A DNA stretch of 64,000 nt from Bacteroidota bacterium (GTDB lineage Bacteria > Bacteroidota > Bacteroidia > Bacteroidales > F082): assembly GCA_016845105.1 (NCBI GenBank), contig JAERTF010000154.1, positions 25,311-89,310 of the forward strand, given 5' to 3'. Below, in pieces: positions 53,482 through 62,505 of the stretch. A program made the translations under genes and the position numbers. The notes under the pieces are model-generated. The model did no database searches and was not told the DNA's origin. It saw only the letters and a program-made list of their open reading frames with translations. Position 1 is the first letter of the stretch; every line of letters starts with the position of its first letter.

Positions 53482-54558
53482 ATGGGTTTTTGGAAGTTTT
53501 TGTTATTGCCTTTTGCATTTCTGTATGGTCTTATTGTCAGAATTAGGCATTGGCTTTTTAACGTAAATATTCTCAAATCTGAGTTGTTTGAACTTCCTGT
53601 TATTGGGGTTGGTAATCTTAGTTTGGGAGGAACAGGTAAGACTCCCATGGTTGAGTATCTTATACGCTTACTCGTGGATGAATACAAGCTAGCTGTATTA
53701 AGCCGGGGGTATGGTCGCAATACAAATGGTTTTTTAACAGCAAATCAATATTCCGGTCACAAGGATATTGGAGATGAACCGATGCAATATCACAATAAAT
53801 TTAAAAATGATATAAAAGTTACAGTTAGCGAAAATAGAAGAATCGGAATTAAAAATTTAATGCAGGATGATGAAAATCTTGATATTATACTATTGGATGA
53901 TTGTTTCCAACATCGGTATGTGTTGCCGGGAATTTCCATTCTTCTAACTGATTTTCATAACCTTTATATGGAGGATTACTTGCTACCGGCAGGTACTTTA
54001 CGTGATGTTGTTAGTGAAGCAAAACGAGCCGATATAATAATAGTTACAAAGACTTATAAGGTACTTTCTCCAATAACACGAAGAAGGATTAAGGGAATAT
54101 TGAAACCTGAAGAACACCAAAGCCTCTATTTTTCATATATTGATTATGGTGAGCTAACAGTTGTTCCTGGTTTTAAAGAGGTTAAGATTAAAAAGAAAAT
54201 AAGCACCATTGTTTTATTTTGCGGCATTGCGAATTCTTATCCGTTTCAGGAATATCTGCGCGATTTATGTAATGATTTATTGGTTATTGATTTCCCGGAT
54301 CATCACACTTATCGTAAAAAAGACCTCCAACTTGTAGCCCAAACATATAATGATACCTTTACTCAGAATAAAATAATTATCACTACTGAAAAAGATGCAA
54401 TGCGTTTGGTAAAATCTGAATATATTCGCGAGCTGGATTCATTACCATTGTACTATATTCCAATAAAGGTAAAATTGCATGGTTTGGATCAATCAAACTT
54501 CTCGAATCAAATTAAGAAATATGTTAGAGAGAATAAAAGAAACAGTAGAGTACATTAA
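53482..54558 (+). CDS. lpxK: Tetraacyldisaccharide 4-prime-kinase
   Basis: 358 aa with an N-terminal hydrophobic helix, then VIGVGNLSLGGTGKTP (P-loop), SRGYGR and LLDDCFQH. Confidence 0.9.
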   Translation: MGFWKFLLLPFAFLYGLIVRIRHWLFNVNILKSELFELPVIGVGNLSLGGTGKTPMVEYLIRLLVDEYKLAVLSRGYGRNTNGFLTANQYSGHKDIGDEPMQYHNKFKNDIKVTVSENRRIGIKNLMQDDENLDIILLDDCFQHRYVLPGISILLTDFHNLYMEDYLLPAGTLRDVVSEAKRADIIIVTKTYKVLSPITRRRIKGILKPEEHQSLYFSYIDYGELTVVPGFKEVKIKKKISTIVLFCGIANSYPFQEYLRDLCNDLLVIDFPDHHTYRKKDLQLVAQTYNDTFTQNKIIITTEKDAMRLVKSEYIRELDSLPLYYIPIKVKLHGLDQSNFSNQIKKYVRENKRNSRVH

Positions 54559-55330
54559 TGGGCGAATAACCAAACGTCCTCATATTGGAATAATTCTTGG
54601 ATCTGGAATTGGAGAACTTGCCAATGAAATTGTAGCTGAGGTGAAAATTCCATATTCTGATATCCCAAACTTTCCGGTTTCAACTGTTAAAGGCCATGAT
54701 GGTCAGTTAATTTTTGGAAAGCTAAACGGCGTTGATATTGTTGCTATGCAAGGTAGATTTCATTATTATGAAGGCTATAATATGCAAGAGGTAACTATGC
54801 CAATTAGAGTTATGAAACTTCTTGGGATTCAATATTTGTTTGTGTCAAATGCCAGTGGTGGTGTAAATCCAAATTTTGAAGTGGGTGACATAATGTTCAT
54901 TACCGACCATATTAATCTTATGCCAAACCCATTGATTGGGGCTAATATTGATGAGCATGGTCCAAGGTTTTTGGACATGAGTGAAGCATATGATAGTAAG
55001 TTGTTGAATTCTGCAAAAAGGATAGCAAGACATAATGGTATATATTATCAGTCAGGAGTTTATGCTGCGGTAACAGGGCCAACATACGAAACCCCGGCCG
55101 AGTATAAGTATATCCATGTACTAGGTGCCGATGCAGTTGGTATGTCTACAGTTCCTGAAGTAATTGTAGCACGGCATATGGGGTTACCAATTTTTGCTGT
55201 ATCAGTAATATCTGATCTTGGTGTAGATGGAAAGATTATTGAAATTTCTCATAAGGAAGTAATGGCAGCTGTTGCACGAGTGACACCTAAATTAATCACT
55301 TTATTTAAGCAGCTTGTAAAGGAAGTTTAA
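54521..55330 (+). CDS. Purine nucleoside phosphorylase (PunA/PNP family)
   Basis: The track ORF starts at 54479. ATG 54521 gives MLERIKETVEYI. Also present are ILGSGIGELA, MQGRFHYYEGY and GADAVGMSTVPEV. With this start it overlaps the lpxK 3-prime end by 38 nt. Confidence 0.88.
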   Translation: MLERIKETVEYINGRITKRPHIGIILGSGIGELANEIVAEVKIPYSDIPNFPVSTVKGHDGQLIFGKLNGVDIVAMQGRFHYYEGYNMQEVTMPIRVMKLLGIQYLFVSNASGGVNPNFEVGDIMFITDHINLMPNPLIGANIDEHGPRFLDMSEAYDSKLLNSAKRIARHNGIYYQSGVYAAVTGPTYETPAEYKYIHVLGADAVGMSTVPEVIVARHMGLPIFAVSVISDLGVDGKIIEISHKEVMAAVARVTPKLITLFKQLVKEV

Positions 55331-55347
55331 AAACCCGAGACTACAGT

Positions 55348-56136
55348 TTGAAAAATTCAAAAATATATTTTGCATCCGATTTTCATTTTGGAATACCAAA
55401 TCATGAAAGCAGCCTAATTCGGGAAAAGAAATTTGTCCGATGGCTTGATATGATAAAAAAAGATGCAACCCATATATTTTTACTTGGAGATATTTTTGAT
55501 TTTTGGTTCGAATATGATACTGCTGTACCAAAAGGATATGTGAGGCTTTTGGGAAAAATTGCCGAAATTACTGATAGTGGAATCCCTGTACACATATTTA
55601 GAGGTAACCATGATATATGGGCCTTTGACTACTTTAAGAAAGAATTAAATTGTGAATTGTATAGAAAGCCCGTTATTAAAGAATTTGATGGAAAAAAATT
55701 CTTTCTTGCACATGGCGATGGATTAGGTCCTGGAGATACAGGTTATAAGATGATGAAGAAAATATTTGAGTATAAACCTAATCAGTTTTTATTCAAATGG
55801 CTACATCCGGATATTGGTTCCAGAATGGGACTATATTTTTCAAAAAAAAGTAGATTGGCAAGCATTAATAAATATATGAAGAAGCCTGAGAAGATCAAGA
55901 TTCAAGACGAAAGGCTAATGCATTATGCCAAACGTAAAATCACTCAATTTCCAGAAGTTGATTATTTTGTTTTTGGACATAGGCATATCCCCCTTCAGGA
56001 AAAAATAGGAGATAAATCAGAACTTATCATTCTTGGTGATTGGTTATTTTTATTTTCTTATGCAGTATTTGAGAATGGAAATATGAGCCTTAAATATTTT
56101 GAATCGGATAATACAAAACTTCCCGATTTTTATTAA
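55348..56136 (+). CDS. lpxH: UDP-2,3-diacylglucosamine diphosphatase (LpxH-type metallophosphoesterase)
   Basis: 262 aa with SDFHFG, LLGDIFDFW, RGNHD, AHGD and FGHRH. The start is TTG at 55348, and there is no in-frame ATG before the first metal motif. Confidence 0.8.
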   Translation: MKNSKIYFASDFHFGIPNHESSLIREKKFVRWLDMIKKDATHIFLLGDIFDFWFEYDTAVPKGYVRLLGKIAEITDSGIPVHIFRGNHDIWAFDYFKKELNCELYRKPVIKEFDGKKFFLAHGDGLGPGDTGYKMMKKIFEYKPNQFLFKWLHPDIGSRMGLYFSKKSRLASINKYMKKPEKIKIQDERLMHYAKRKITQFPEVDYFVFGHRHIPLQEKIGDKSELIILGDWLFLFSYAVFENGNMSLKYFESDNTKLPDFY

Positions 56137-57146
56137 TAGAACTTCTCAATAAGTTCAACAAGTCTGCTTGAATATCCCATTTCGTTGTCGTACCATGCAA
56201 CAACTTTAACGAGCTTATTTTTATCACCCAATACTGCTGTTAAATTTGAGTCGAATACAGCTGAATGAGTATTCCCTATTACATCAACTGACACAATAGG
56301 GTCGCTTGTATATTCTAATATCCCTTTCATTTTACCGGTAGCAGCCTCTTTAAAAACTTTATTTATTTCTTCAACTGATGTAGATCTTTTTAATGTACAA
56401 GTTAAGTCTGTAAGAGATCCATCAGGTACAGGAACTCTAAACCCTGCACCTCCAAGATCATTTTTGAGATGTGGGAATATTTTGGTGGCTGCTTTTGCAG
56501 CTCCGGTTGTGGTTGGTACTATTGAATATGCTGCAGCTCTTCCCCTACGCCAATCTTTGTGTGGACCATCAACCAAATTTTGATCTTTAGTATACGAATG
56601 AACAGTGGTTATGAATCCTTTTTCTATGCCCCAATGTTCATCTAATATCTTTATTAGTGGGGCAACGTTATTTGTTGTACAAGATGCGTTCGAAATTATG
56701 CTGTCATCTTTGTTTATTATCTCATCATTAACGCCTAATACTACATAATTAACATCATCTTTTTCTCCCTTTGCTGGTGCAGAAATTATTACTTTTTTTG
56801 CACCAGATTTCTCAACATGTTTCATCGCACTCTTTCGATCAACAAACTCGCCAGTTGACTCAATAACAATATCAATTTTTAGATTTTTCCATGGTAGTTT
56901 TGAAGGGTTTGGCTCATTTAATACTATTACTTTTTTACCATTAACAATTATGTGGTTATCATTGTGCTCTATACTTCCATGAAATGTCCTCTGAACAGAA
57001 TCATATTTAAGCAGATGCGCTAGATTTGCTGAATCTGTTAAGTCATTTATTGCCACAACTTCCATATTCTCATTTTCCTGAATCTTACGGAATGTTACTC
57101 GTCCTATTCGGCCAAATCCATTTATTGCAATTCTGATTTTTGACAT
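56133..57146 (-). CDS. gap: Glyceraldehyde-3-phosphate dehydrogenase, type I
   Basis: INGFGRIGR, SNASCTTN (catalytic Cys) and WYDNEMGYS are present. The second ATG (57144-57146) gives MSKIRIAING; the track ORF starts 3 codons earlier, at 57155. Confidence 0.95.
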   Translation of the reverse strand: MSKIRIAINGFGRIGRVTFRKIQENENMEVVAINDLTDSANLAHLLKYDSVQRTFHGSIEHNDNHIIVNGKKVIVLNEPNPSKLPWKNLKIDIVIESTGEFVDRKSAMKHVEKSGAKKVIISAPAKGEKDDVNYVVLGVNDEIINKDDSIISNASCTTNNVAPLIKILDEHWGIEKGFITTVHSYTKDQNLVDGPHKDWRRGRAAAYSIVPTTTGAAKAATKIFPHLKNDLGGAGFRVPVPDGSLTDLTCTLKRSTSVEEINKVFKEAATGKMKGILEYTSDPIVSVDVIGNTHSAVFDSNLTAVLGDKNKLVKVVAWYDNEMGYSSRLVELIEKFY

Positions 57147-57187
57147 GCTACACATTTTTTTTCGAATGGCGAAATTAGGTAATTTAT

Positions 57188-57195
57188 TACTTTTG
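57188..57195 (+). promoter_or_regulatory. Candidate -7 box TACTTTTG for the thioredoxin-like gene
   Basis: Exact TAnnTTTG match, 41 nt upstream of ATG 57237. Confidence 0.35.
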
Positions 57196-57236
57196 CAACG
57201 AATTTCAACAACTGATTTTAATTAAAATGTTTTGCC

Positions 57237-57569
57237 ATGCCAATTGAACTATCATCTAAGGATGAGATTGTTAAACTGCTTGATAATGAGAGTGCTGTAA
57301 TTGTGTATTTTTATAATAACAATTGTGCACCTTGTATTAGTTTACGACCCAAGGTTGAAGAATTGGTTCTTGATAGTTTTCCTAAAATTAAGTTGGTATT
57401 TGTTAATTCAGCAGATCACCCTGATATACCTGCATTATATAACATCTTTTCTAATCCAACCTTGATAATCTTTTTTGAAGGAAAGGAATATAGAAGAGAG
57501 AGTAAATATATTTCAATCCCGCAGTTACAAGAGTCGATACAACGCCCATATAATATGATGTTTGACTAG
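57237..57569 (+). CDS. Thioredoxin-family protein (CAPC active site)
   Basis: 110 aa. VIVYFYNNNCAPCISLRPKV has CxxC in the thioredoxin position, and NPTLIIFFEGKE is also present. Confidence 0.8.
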   Translation: MPIELSSKDEIVKLLDNESAVIVYFYNNNCAPCISLRPKVEELVLDSFPKIKLVFVNSADHPDIPALYNIFSNPTLIIFFEGKEYRRESKYISIPQLQESIQRPYNMMFD

Positions 57570-57578
57570 TTTGCTAGA

Positions 57579-59102
57579 CTATATTCCATCTATTAATGCA
57601 TCAGGAAGTTCAAATTTTACTTCCCTTAAAAATGAAATGGTTTTATCTATTTCATAATGCATAATTTTATCCTCCATAATAAATGGAACTTTTTCTCGAT
57701 ACTGAGCTAAAAATTCTTCTAATTGTTTGGAACTTTTCTTTGGCTTCCTAAAGTCCATTGCTTGTGCGGCATTGAATAGTTCAATTGCCAAAATGCGTTC
57801 AAGGTTTTCAACTACCCTATATGCTTTTGTTGCAGCATTAGCTCCCATGCTGACGTGATCTTCCTGGCCCTGAGATGATTCTATTGAGTCAACTGAAGCT
57901 GGGGTACATAGTTGCTTGTTTTGATTAACAATTGAAGCAGCCGTATATTGTGGAATCATAAAACCAGAGTTAAGACCTGGGTTTGCCACTAAAAATGGTG
58001 GTAATCCTCTTTTTCCATGTAGGAGCTGATAGGTACGTCGTTCACTAATATTACCCCATTCGGCAGCAGCAATTGCCATATTATCAAGTGCAAGAGCCAA
58101 TGGTTGTCCGTGGAAGTTTCCTCCTGAAATAATTAAATCTTTGTCTGGAAATATTGTTGGATTATCTGTAACAGCATTTATTTCAGCTGAGAAAACGGTA
58201 CTAACATAGTTAATTGAATCTTTTGAGGCTCCATGAACTTGTGGTATACACCTAAATGAGTATGGATCCTGAACATGTTCTTTGTATTGATTAATTAGGC
58301 TACTACCGTCAAGTAAATTCCTAAACCTCTCAGCAGTTTGAATTTGTCCAAGATGAGGCCTTATTTGATGAATCTCATCAAAAAAAGGTTCAATCCTGCC
58401 ATCAAATGCATCAAGAGAGATCGCTCCGATAATATCAGCCAATTCTGATAATCTAAAAACTTTAATTAGCGAATAAACACCATAAGCACTCATAAACTGA
58501 GTTCCGTTAAGTAGGGCTAACCCTTCTTTTGATTTAAGCTTAACTGGTTCTAAGCCAAGCTTTTCATGCGCCTGCATTGCTGTTGTCCTTTTTCCACGGA
58601 AATATACATCACCAAGTCCCAATAGTGGTAACGACATATGTGCCAAAGGAGATAAGTCACCTGATGCACCAAGCGAACCTAACTGATAAACTACAGGTAT
58701 TACATCATTATTGAAAAAATCGATAAGTCGTTGTACTGTTGTTAACTGTACTCCGGAATGCCCATATGATAATGATTGTGCTTTGAGCAACATCATAAGT
58801 TTGACTATTTCTTTTGGTACTTCATCACCAGTTCCGCAAGCATGTGATTTAACAAGGTTTTCTTGTAACTTTCCCAAATCCTCCTTTGAAATTTTTTTAT
58901 TGTAAAGAGCCCCAAATCCAGTATTTATACCGTAAATAGGAGTGTCATGGTCTTTTGTTTTATTATCAAGATATTCGCGACAGGTATTAATATTATTAAT
59001 CGATTCTTCAGATAATTCTAATTTGTAATTATCTGTCAGTATGTTAAAAAGTGTTCTAAATGTTAATTTTTCAGAACTTATAGTATGTAAATGAAACGAC
59101 AT
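57579..59102 (-). CDS. hutH: Histidine ammonia-lyase
   Basis: 507 aa with YGINTGFG and the MIO-forming GSLGASGDLSPLAHM. LVKSHACGTG carries the Ser-His dyad at the substrate-selectivity position. NGTQ, QDPYSFRC and QEDHVSM are also present. Confidence 0.88.
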   Translation of the reverse strand: MSFHLHTISSEKLTFRTLFNILTDNYKLELSEESINNINTCREYLDNKTKDHDTPIYGINTGFGALYNKKISKEDLGKLQENLVKSHACGTGDEVPKEIVKLMMLLKAQSLSYGHSGVQLTTVQRLIDFFNNDVIPVVYQLGSLGASGDLSPLAHMSLPLLGLGDVYFRGKRTTAMQAHEKLGLEPVKLKSKEGLALLNGTQFMSAYGVYSLIKVFRLSELADIIGAISLDAFDGRIEPFFDEIHQIRPHLGQIQTAERFRNLLDGSSLINQYKEHVQDPYSFRCIPQVHGASKDSINYVSTVFSAEINAVTDNPTIFPDKDLIISGGNFHGQPLALALDNMAIAAAEWGNISERRTYQLLHGKRGLPPFLVANPGLNSGFMIPQYTAASIVNQNKQLCTPASVDSIESSQGQEDHVSMGANAATKAYRVVENLERILAIELFNAAQAMDFRKPKKSSKQLEEFLAQYREKVPFIMEDKIMHYEIDKTISFLREVKFELPDALIDGI

Positions 59103-59108
59103 AATATA

Positions 59109-60473
59109 TTATTTTTTAAGTATTTTAATTAGTTGATCCATATCTACCTTTTGTTGTTCCCCAGTGCTCATATTTTTTAATGTAAACAGGCCTGATTCCA
59201 TTTCTTCAACACCTATTAAAATTACAAATGGAATTGACTTTTGATCAGCATATTTCATTTGTTTTTTCATTTTTGCAGAGTCAGGGTAAAGCTCCGCACT
59301 TATTCCTTTATCTCTTATTTCTTTCAAAATTTTAAGACAATATTTCTCTTCTTCTGATCCAAAATTAACCAACATTGCCTGGGAGGTTTGAAGTCCTTCT
59401 TTTGGGAATAAATCCAATTCATTCATTACATCATATATCCTATCAGCACCAAAAGAAATTCCTACTCCTGATACATCTGGCAATCCAAATATTCCTGTTA
59501 GATCATCATATCGCCCACCTCCACATATACTTCCAATTTTCATATCATCTGTTGCCACCTCAATAATTGCACCGGTGTAATAGTTAAGTCCCCTTGCCAG
59601 TGTTAGGTCCAACGACCATTTGTTCTTAAGATTTAATTCCTTAAGATGTTTTAGTACAGTCATGGTTTCATATATACCCTTCATACCCACTTCAGAATCG
59701 GCAAGAATTTCCATAAGTTTAGGAAATTTATCTTTTAGCAATCCTTCAAGGTTTAGGATTGGCTGTAAACTATCAATGGCATCCTGAGATAAGCCTTTGG
59801 CTTCAAGTTCTTCGTTTACTTTTTCCAGACCAATTTTCTCAAGCTTGTCAATGGCAATAGTAATATCTATTATTTTATCTGCTTCACCAATAATTTCGGC
59901 AATACCACTTAGGATTTTACGATTGTTTATTTTAATGGTTGTATTTATGCCAAGTTTGACAAATACTTCATCAATAATAAGAATTAGCTCGACTTCATTA
60001 ATCAATGAATTGCTTCCAATTACGTCTACATCACATTGATAAAACTCGCGATATCTACCTTTTTGAGGTTTATCAGCTCTCCAAACAGGCTGAATTTGAT
60101 ATCTCTTAAAAGGAAAGGTTATATCATTTCTGTTTTGAACTACATAGCGTGCAAACGGAACAGTTAGATCATATCGTAACCCTTTTTCACAAATTTTAGA
60201 AGTGATATTGTTTATGTTTGGATTTGCAAAATCATCAAGATTAGTTTTCTTTAGAAAATCCCCAGAATTCAAAATTTTAAATAGTAATCGGTCACCTTCT
60301 TCACCATATTTACCAGTTAATGTCGATAGATTTTCCATGGCCGGCGTTTCAATCGGCTGATAACCATAGTTTAGAAAAACATTCCTAATTGTGTCAAAAA
60401 TATAATTTCTCCTAATCATCTCCAATGGAGAAAAATCTCTTGTTCCTTTAGGTATAGATGGTTTTTGAGCCAT
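59109..60473 (-). CDS. hisS: Histidine--tRNA ligase
   Basis: 454 aa class II aaRS with [16 protein letters not shown] and GGGRYD, plus a C-terminal anticodon-binding domain. Confidence 0.95.
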   Translation of the reverse strand: MAQKPSIPKGTRDFSPLEMIRRNYIFDTIRNVFLNYGYQPIETPAMENLSTLTGKYGEEGDRLLFKILNSGDFLKKTNLDDFANPNINNITSKICEKGLRYDLTVPFARYVVQNRNDITFPFKRYQIQPVWRADKPQKGRYREFYQCDVDVIGSNSLINEVELILIIDEVFVKLGINTTIKINNRKILSGIAEIIGEADKIIDITIAIDKLEKIGLEKVNEELEAKGLSQDAIDSLQPILNLEGLLKDKFPKLMEILADSEVGMKGIYETMTVLKHLKELNLKNKWSLDLTLARGLNYYTGAIIEVATDDMKIGSICGGGRYDDLTGIFGLPDVSGVGISFGADRIYDVMNELDLFPKEGLQTSQAMLVNFGSEEEKYCLKILKEIRDKGISAELYPDSAKMKKQMKYADQKSIPFVILIGVEEMESGLFTLKNMSTGEQQKVDMDQLIKILKK

Positions 60474-60527
60474 AATAATTCCAGTTTTATTTATGTATGA
60501 AAACTATAACATCGAAAATTAATTCGG

Positions 60528-60535
60528 CAAAAGTA
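60528..60535 (-). promoter_or_regulatory. Candidate -7 box TACTTTTG for hisS
   Basis: The + strand CAAAAGTA is TACTTTTG on the minus strand, 54 nt upstream of ATG 60473. Confidence 0.3.
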
Positions 60536-60640
60536 CTAATTCTTAATCTAGATGAAAGTCTATAGGGAGCCTATTATTAAAAAAAAATCCTGTGATTGCT
60601 TAACTGAATACGCTTATGAAGTTACCTGATATACTGTGCG

Positions 60641-61228
60641 TTAGTCTATTTGTTGGTTGGTTGGTATGATAATATCTTCAAGTTTGCGCTTTGGAACATA
60701 ATGAATACCATCATTATTCTCATAATAAACTATCGAACCATTCTTATCTAGTTTTGTTAATTCAACTTCTTGGTTTGGATACCCAATTGCGATTACCTGA
60801 ACAACTTCAATATTTGAGGGAAGGTTAAAGTGTTTTGAGATAGCATACCTGTTTACTGTTCTAAGTATACAACCACCTAATTTTTCTTCCGTAGCACCCA
60901 ATAGTATAGTTTGAGCAGAAATGCCGCTATCTATCAAGGCTTTGTCATTTAAGTCTTTATCAATGCACATAATAATATAGGATGGCGGTTGTTCATTTTT
61001 AGTAGGGCCATCCCATTTTTTTAAATACCAAGCCCATTTCAACTGACTAAATACAAAATCTACATCATTATCTTCAGTAATGAGAATATACTTAAGTGGT
61101 TGACGATTTTTTGATGATGGGGTTATACGTGCCAAATCAACAAGATTCAAAAGTTGAGCATGTGTTACCTTTTTATCATTGTGGAACTTTCGATAGCTTC
61201 TATTTTGTTGTACGAGATCTTTAATCAT
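60641..61228 (-). CDS. Nitroreductase-family protein
   Basis: 195 aa. QNRSYRKF, ITPSSKNRQPLKY and the overall size are typical of NfsB/NfnB-like nitroreductases. Confidence 0.75.
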   Translation of the reverse strand: MIKDLVQQNRSYRKFHNDKKVTHAQLLNLVDLARITPSSKNRQPLKYILITEDNDVDFVFSQLKWAWYLKKWDGPTKNEQPPSYIIMCIDKDLNDKALIDSGISAQTILLGATEEKLGGCILRTVNRYAISKHFNLPSNIEVVQVIAIGYPNQEVELTKLDKNGSIVYYENNDGIHYVPKRKLEDIIIPTNQQID

Positions 61229-61231
61229 AGT

Positions 61232-62401
61232 TTAACTTTTGTTTATGATTATATTTAGTTTTTCTGTAGCATTTTCCCAACTGTGCTTACTGTGAACAAA
61301 GTCATATCCATTTTGAGCTATATCATCATACTTACTTTCGCTTTCCAGTAGGTTTATTATATTGTTTGCCAATTCGCTAGCTGTTTCACCAATTAGTATC
61401 TCCAGTTCGTTTTGTGCTTGAAGTGCATCATTGGCCAATGGGGTAGTAATTGATGGAATTTTCATTGACATTGCTTCAAGTAACTTGTTTTGAAGGCCTG
61501 TACCAATCCTCATTGGTGCAATAAATACTCTTGCTGATGAGTAGGCATCTCTAATATCATCAAGCCACCCTGTAACTTCTACCAGGTTTGACTTTAACGC
61601 AACAACCGATTTAGAAGGATTTGCCCCGGCAAGTAAGACTTTTGTTTTTGGTTTTTTATCCCAAACCTTTGGCATTATCTCGTTTACTAAATATCCTGCA
61701 GCATCTACATTGGGAGGATACCCCATATTTCCGGTAAAAACAACATCATACTTTTTTTCATTGTCCATGGGTTTAAAGAAAGAATGATCAACACCATTTG
61801 GGATAACATGAATGTCATCTTTATTTTCATGAGGTATTAAGTTTTTATCTGGTATCGAAATGATGGTCTTATTATCGAAAAAATCAAATATATCACATTC
61901 ATACTTTCTAAGCCTTCTATATTCCATTTTAAAAAATGGGTATTTGAATAAAGAGACTTTTTTTATTCTTCGTTTAATACCATGCGAAAGAACATCTTGA
62001 TAATCAAGTGTTTTTTTAATATTATGATGTAGTAGGTATTCCGTTGTTCTAATAAATTGACAGTATAAATGATCTGGTTTGTACGTTTCGATTAATCGGT
62101 CAATTTCTTTTGCTGCTTTTCTGTTATAAAAATAACCTGTTTGTATTGGCAAGGTTCCAAAAAGAGCCATCCCGGTATTCCAGTATCTTATATGTGTTGG
62201 CAGATCAAGAAAATTAATTGATAAACAATAGGGTTGAAGTTTACTAAAAGCTTCTTGCTTGTCGAGATTTGAAACAGGATTTAGGGCACAAAGTATGATT
62301 TCATTTTTCTTCGATAACTCCTTTATTTGATGGAATGCTCGCAGTTTATCGCCTTTTTCCAGTGGATAAGGTACTCTTGATAGAAGTACAAATATTCTCA
62401 T
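61232..62401 (-). CDS. Family 4 glycosyltransferase
   Basis: The track ORF starts at TTG 62434. ATG 62401 gives MRIFVLLSRVPYPLEKGDKLR, a typical GT4 N-terminus. The C-terminal GLQNKLLEAMSMKIPSITT is the GT-B E..E region. Confidence 0.8.
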   Translation of the reverse strand: MRIFVLLSRVPYPLEKGDKLRAFHQIKELSKKNEIILCALNPVSNLDKQEAFSKLQPYCLSINFLDLPTHIRYWNTGMALFGTLPIQTGYFYNRKAAKEIDRLIETYKPDHLYCQFIRTTEYLLHHNIKKTLDYQDVLSHGIKRRIKKVSLFKYPFFKMEYRRLRKYECDIFDFFDNKTIISIPDKNLIPHENKDDIHVIPNGVDHSFFKPMDNEKKYDVVFTGNMGYPPNVDAAGYLVNEIMPKVWDKKPKTKVLLAGANPSKSVVALKSNLVEVTGWLDDIRDAYSSARVFIAPMRIGTGLQNKLLEAMSMKIPSITTPLANDALQAQNELEILIGETASELANNIINLLESESKYDDIAQNGYDFVHSKHSWENATEKLNIIINKS

Positions 62402-62505
62402 AACAATGGTTGGTTTATCCCAAATGTTGTGCAAAGATAATTGAGAATTTTTAAGAGCAAAGTGACGAAACGAAATTGTTTATTAACCTTTGTTTACCTC
62501 AGGTA

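Noticed and set aside
57579-59102. Possibility that the ammonia-lyase is the tyrosine ammonia-lyase feeding a flexirubin/aryl-polyene pathway linked to the 21-31 kb operon.
   Set aside because: The selectivity position reads Ser-His (LVKSHACG), as in histidine ammonia-lyases, not His-Leu (TAL) or Phe-Leu (PAL). The gene is also 26 kb away and coupled to hisS.
60552-60629. 25-codon + strand sORF (MKVYREPIIKKKSCDCLTEYAYEVT) in the nitroreductase/hisS spacer.
   Set aside because: It has no promoter box in front and lies opposite to the surrounding transcription. Its size is within chance expectation, and it overlaps the likely hisS promoter region.
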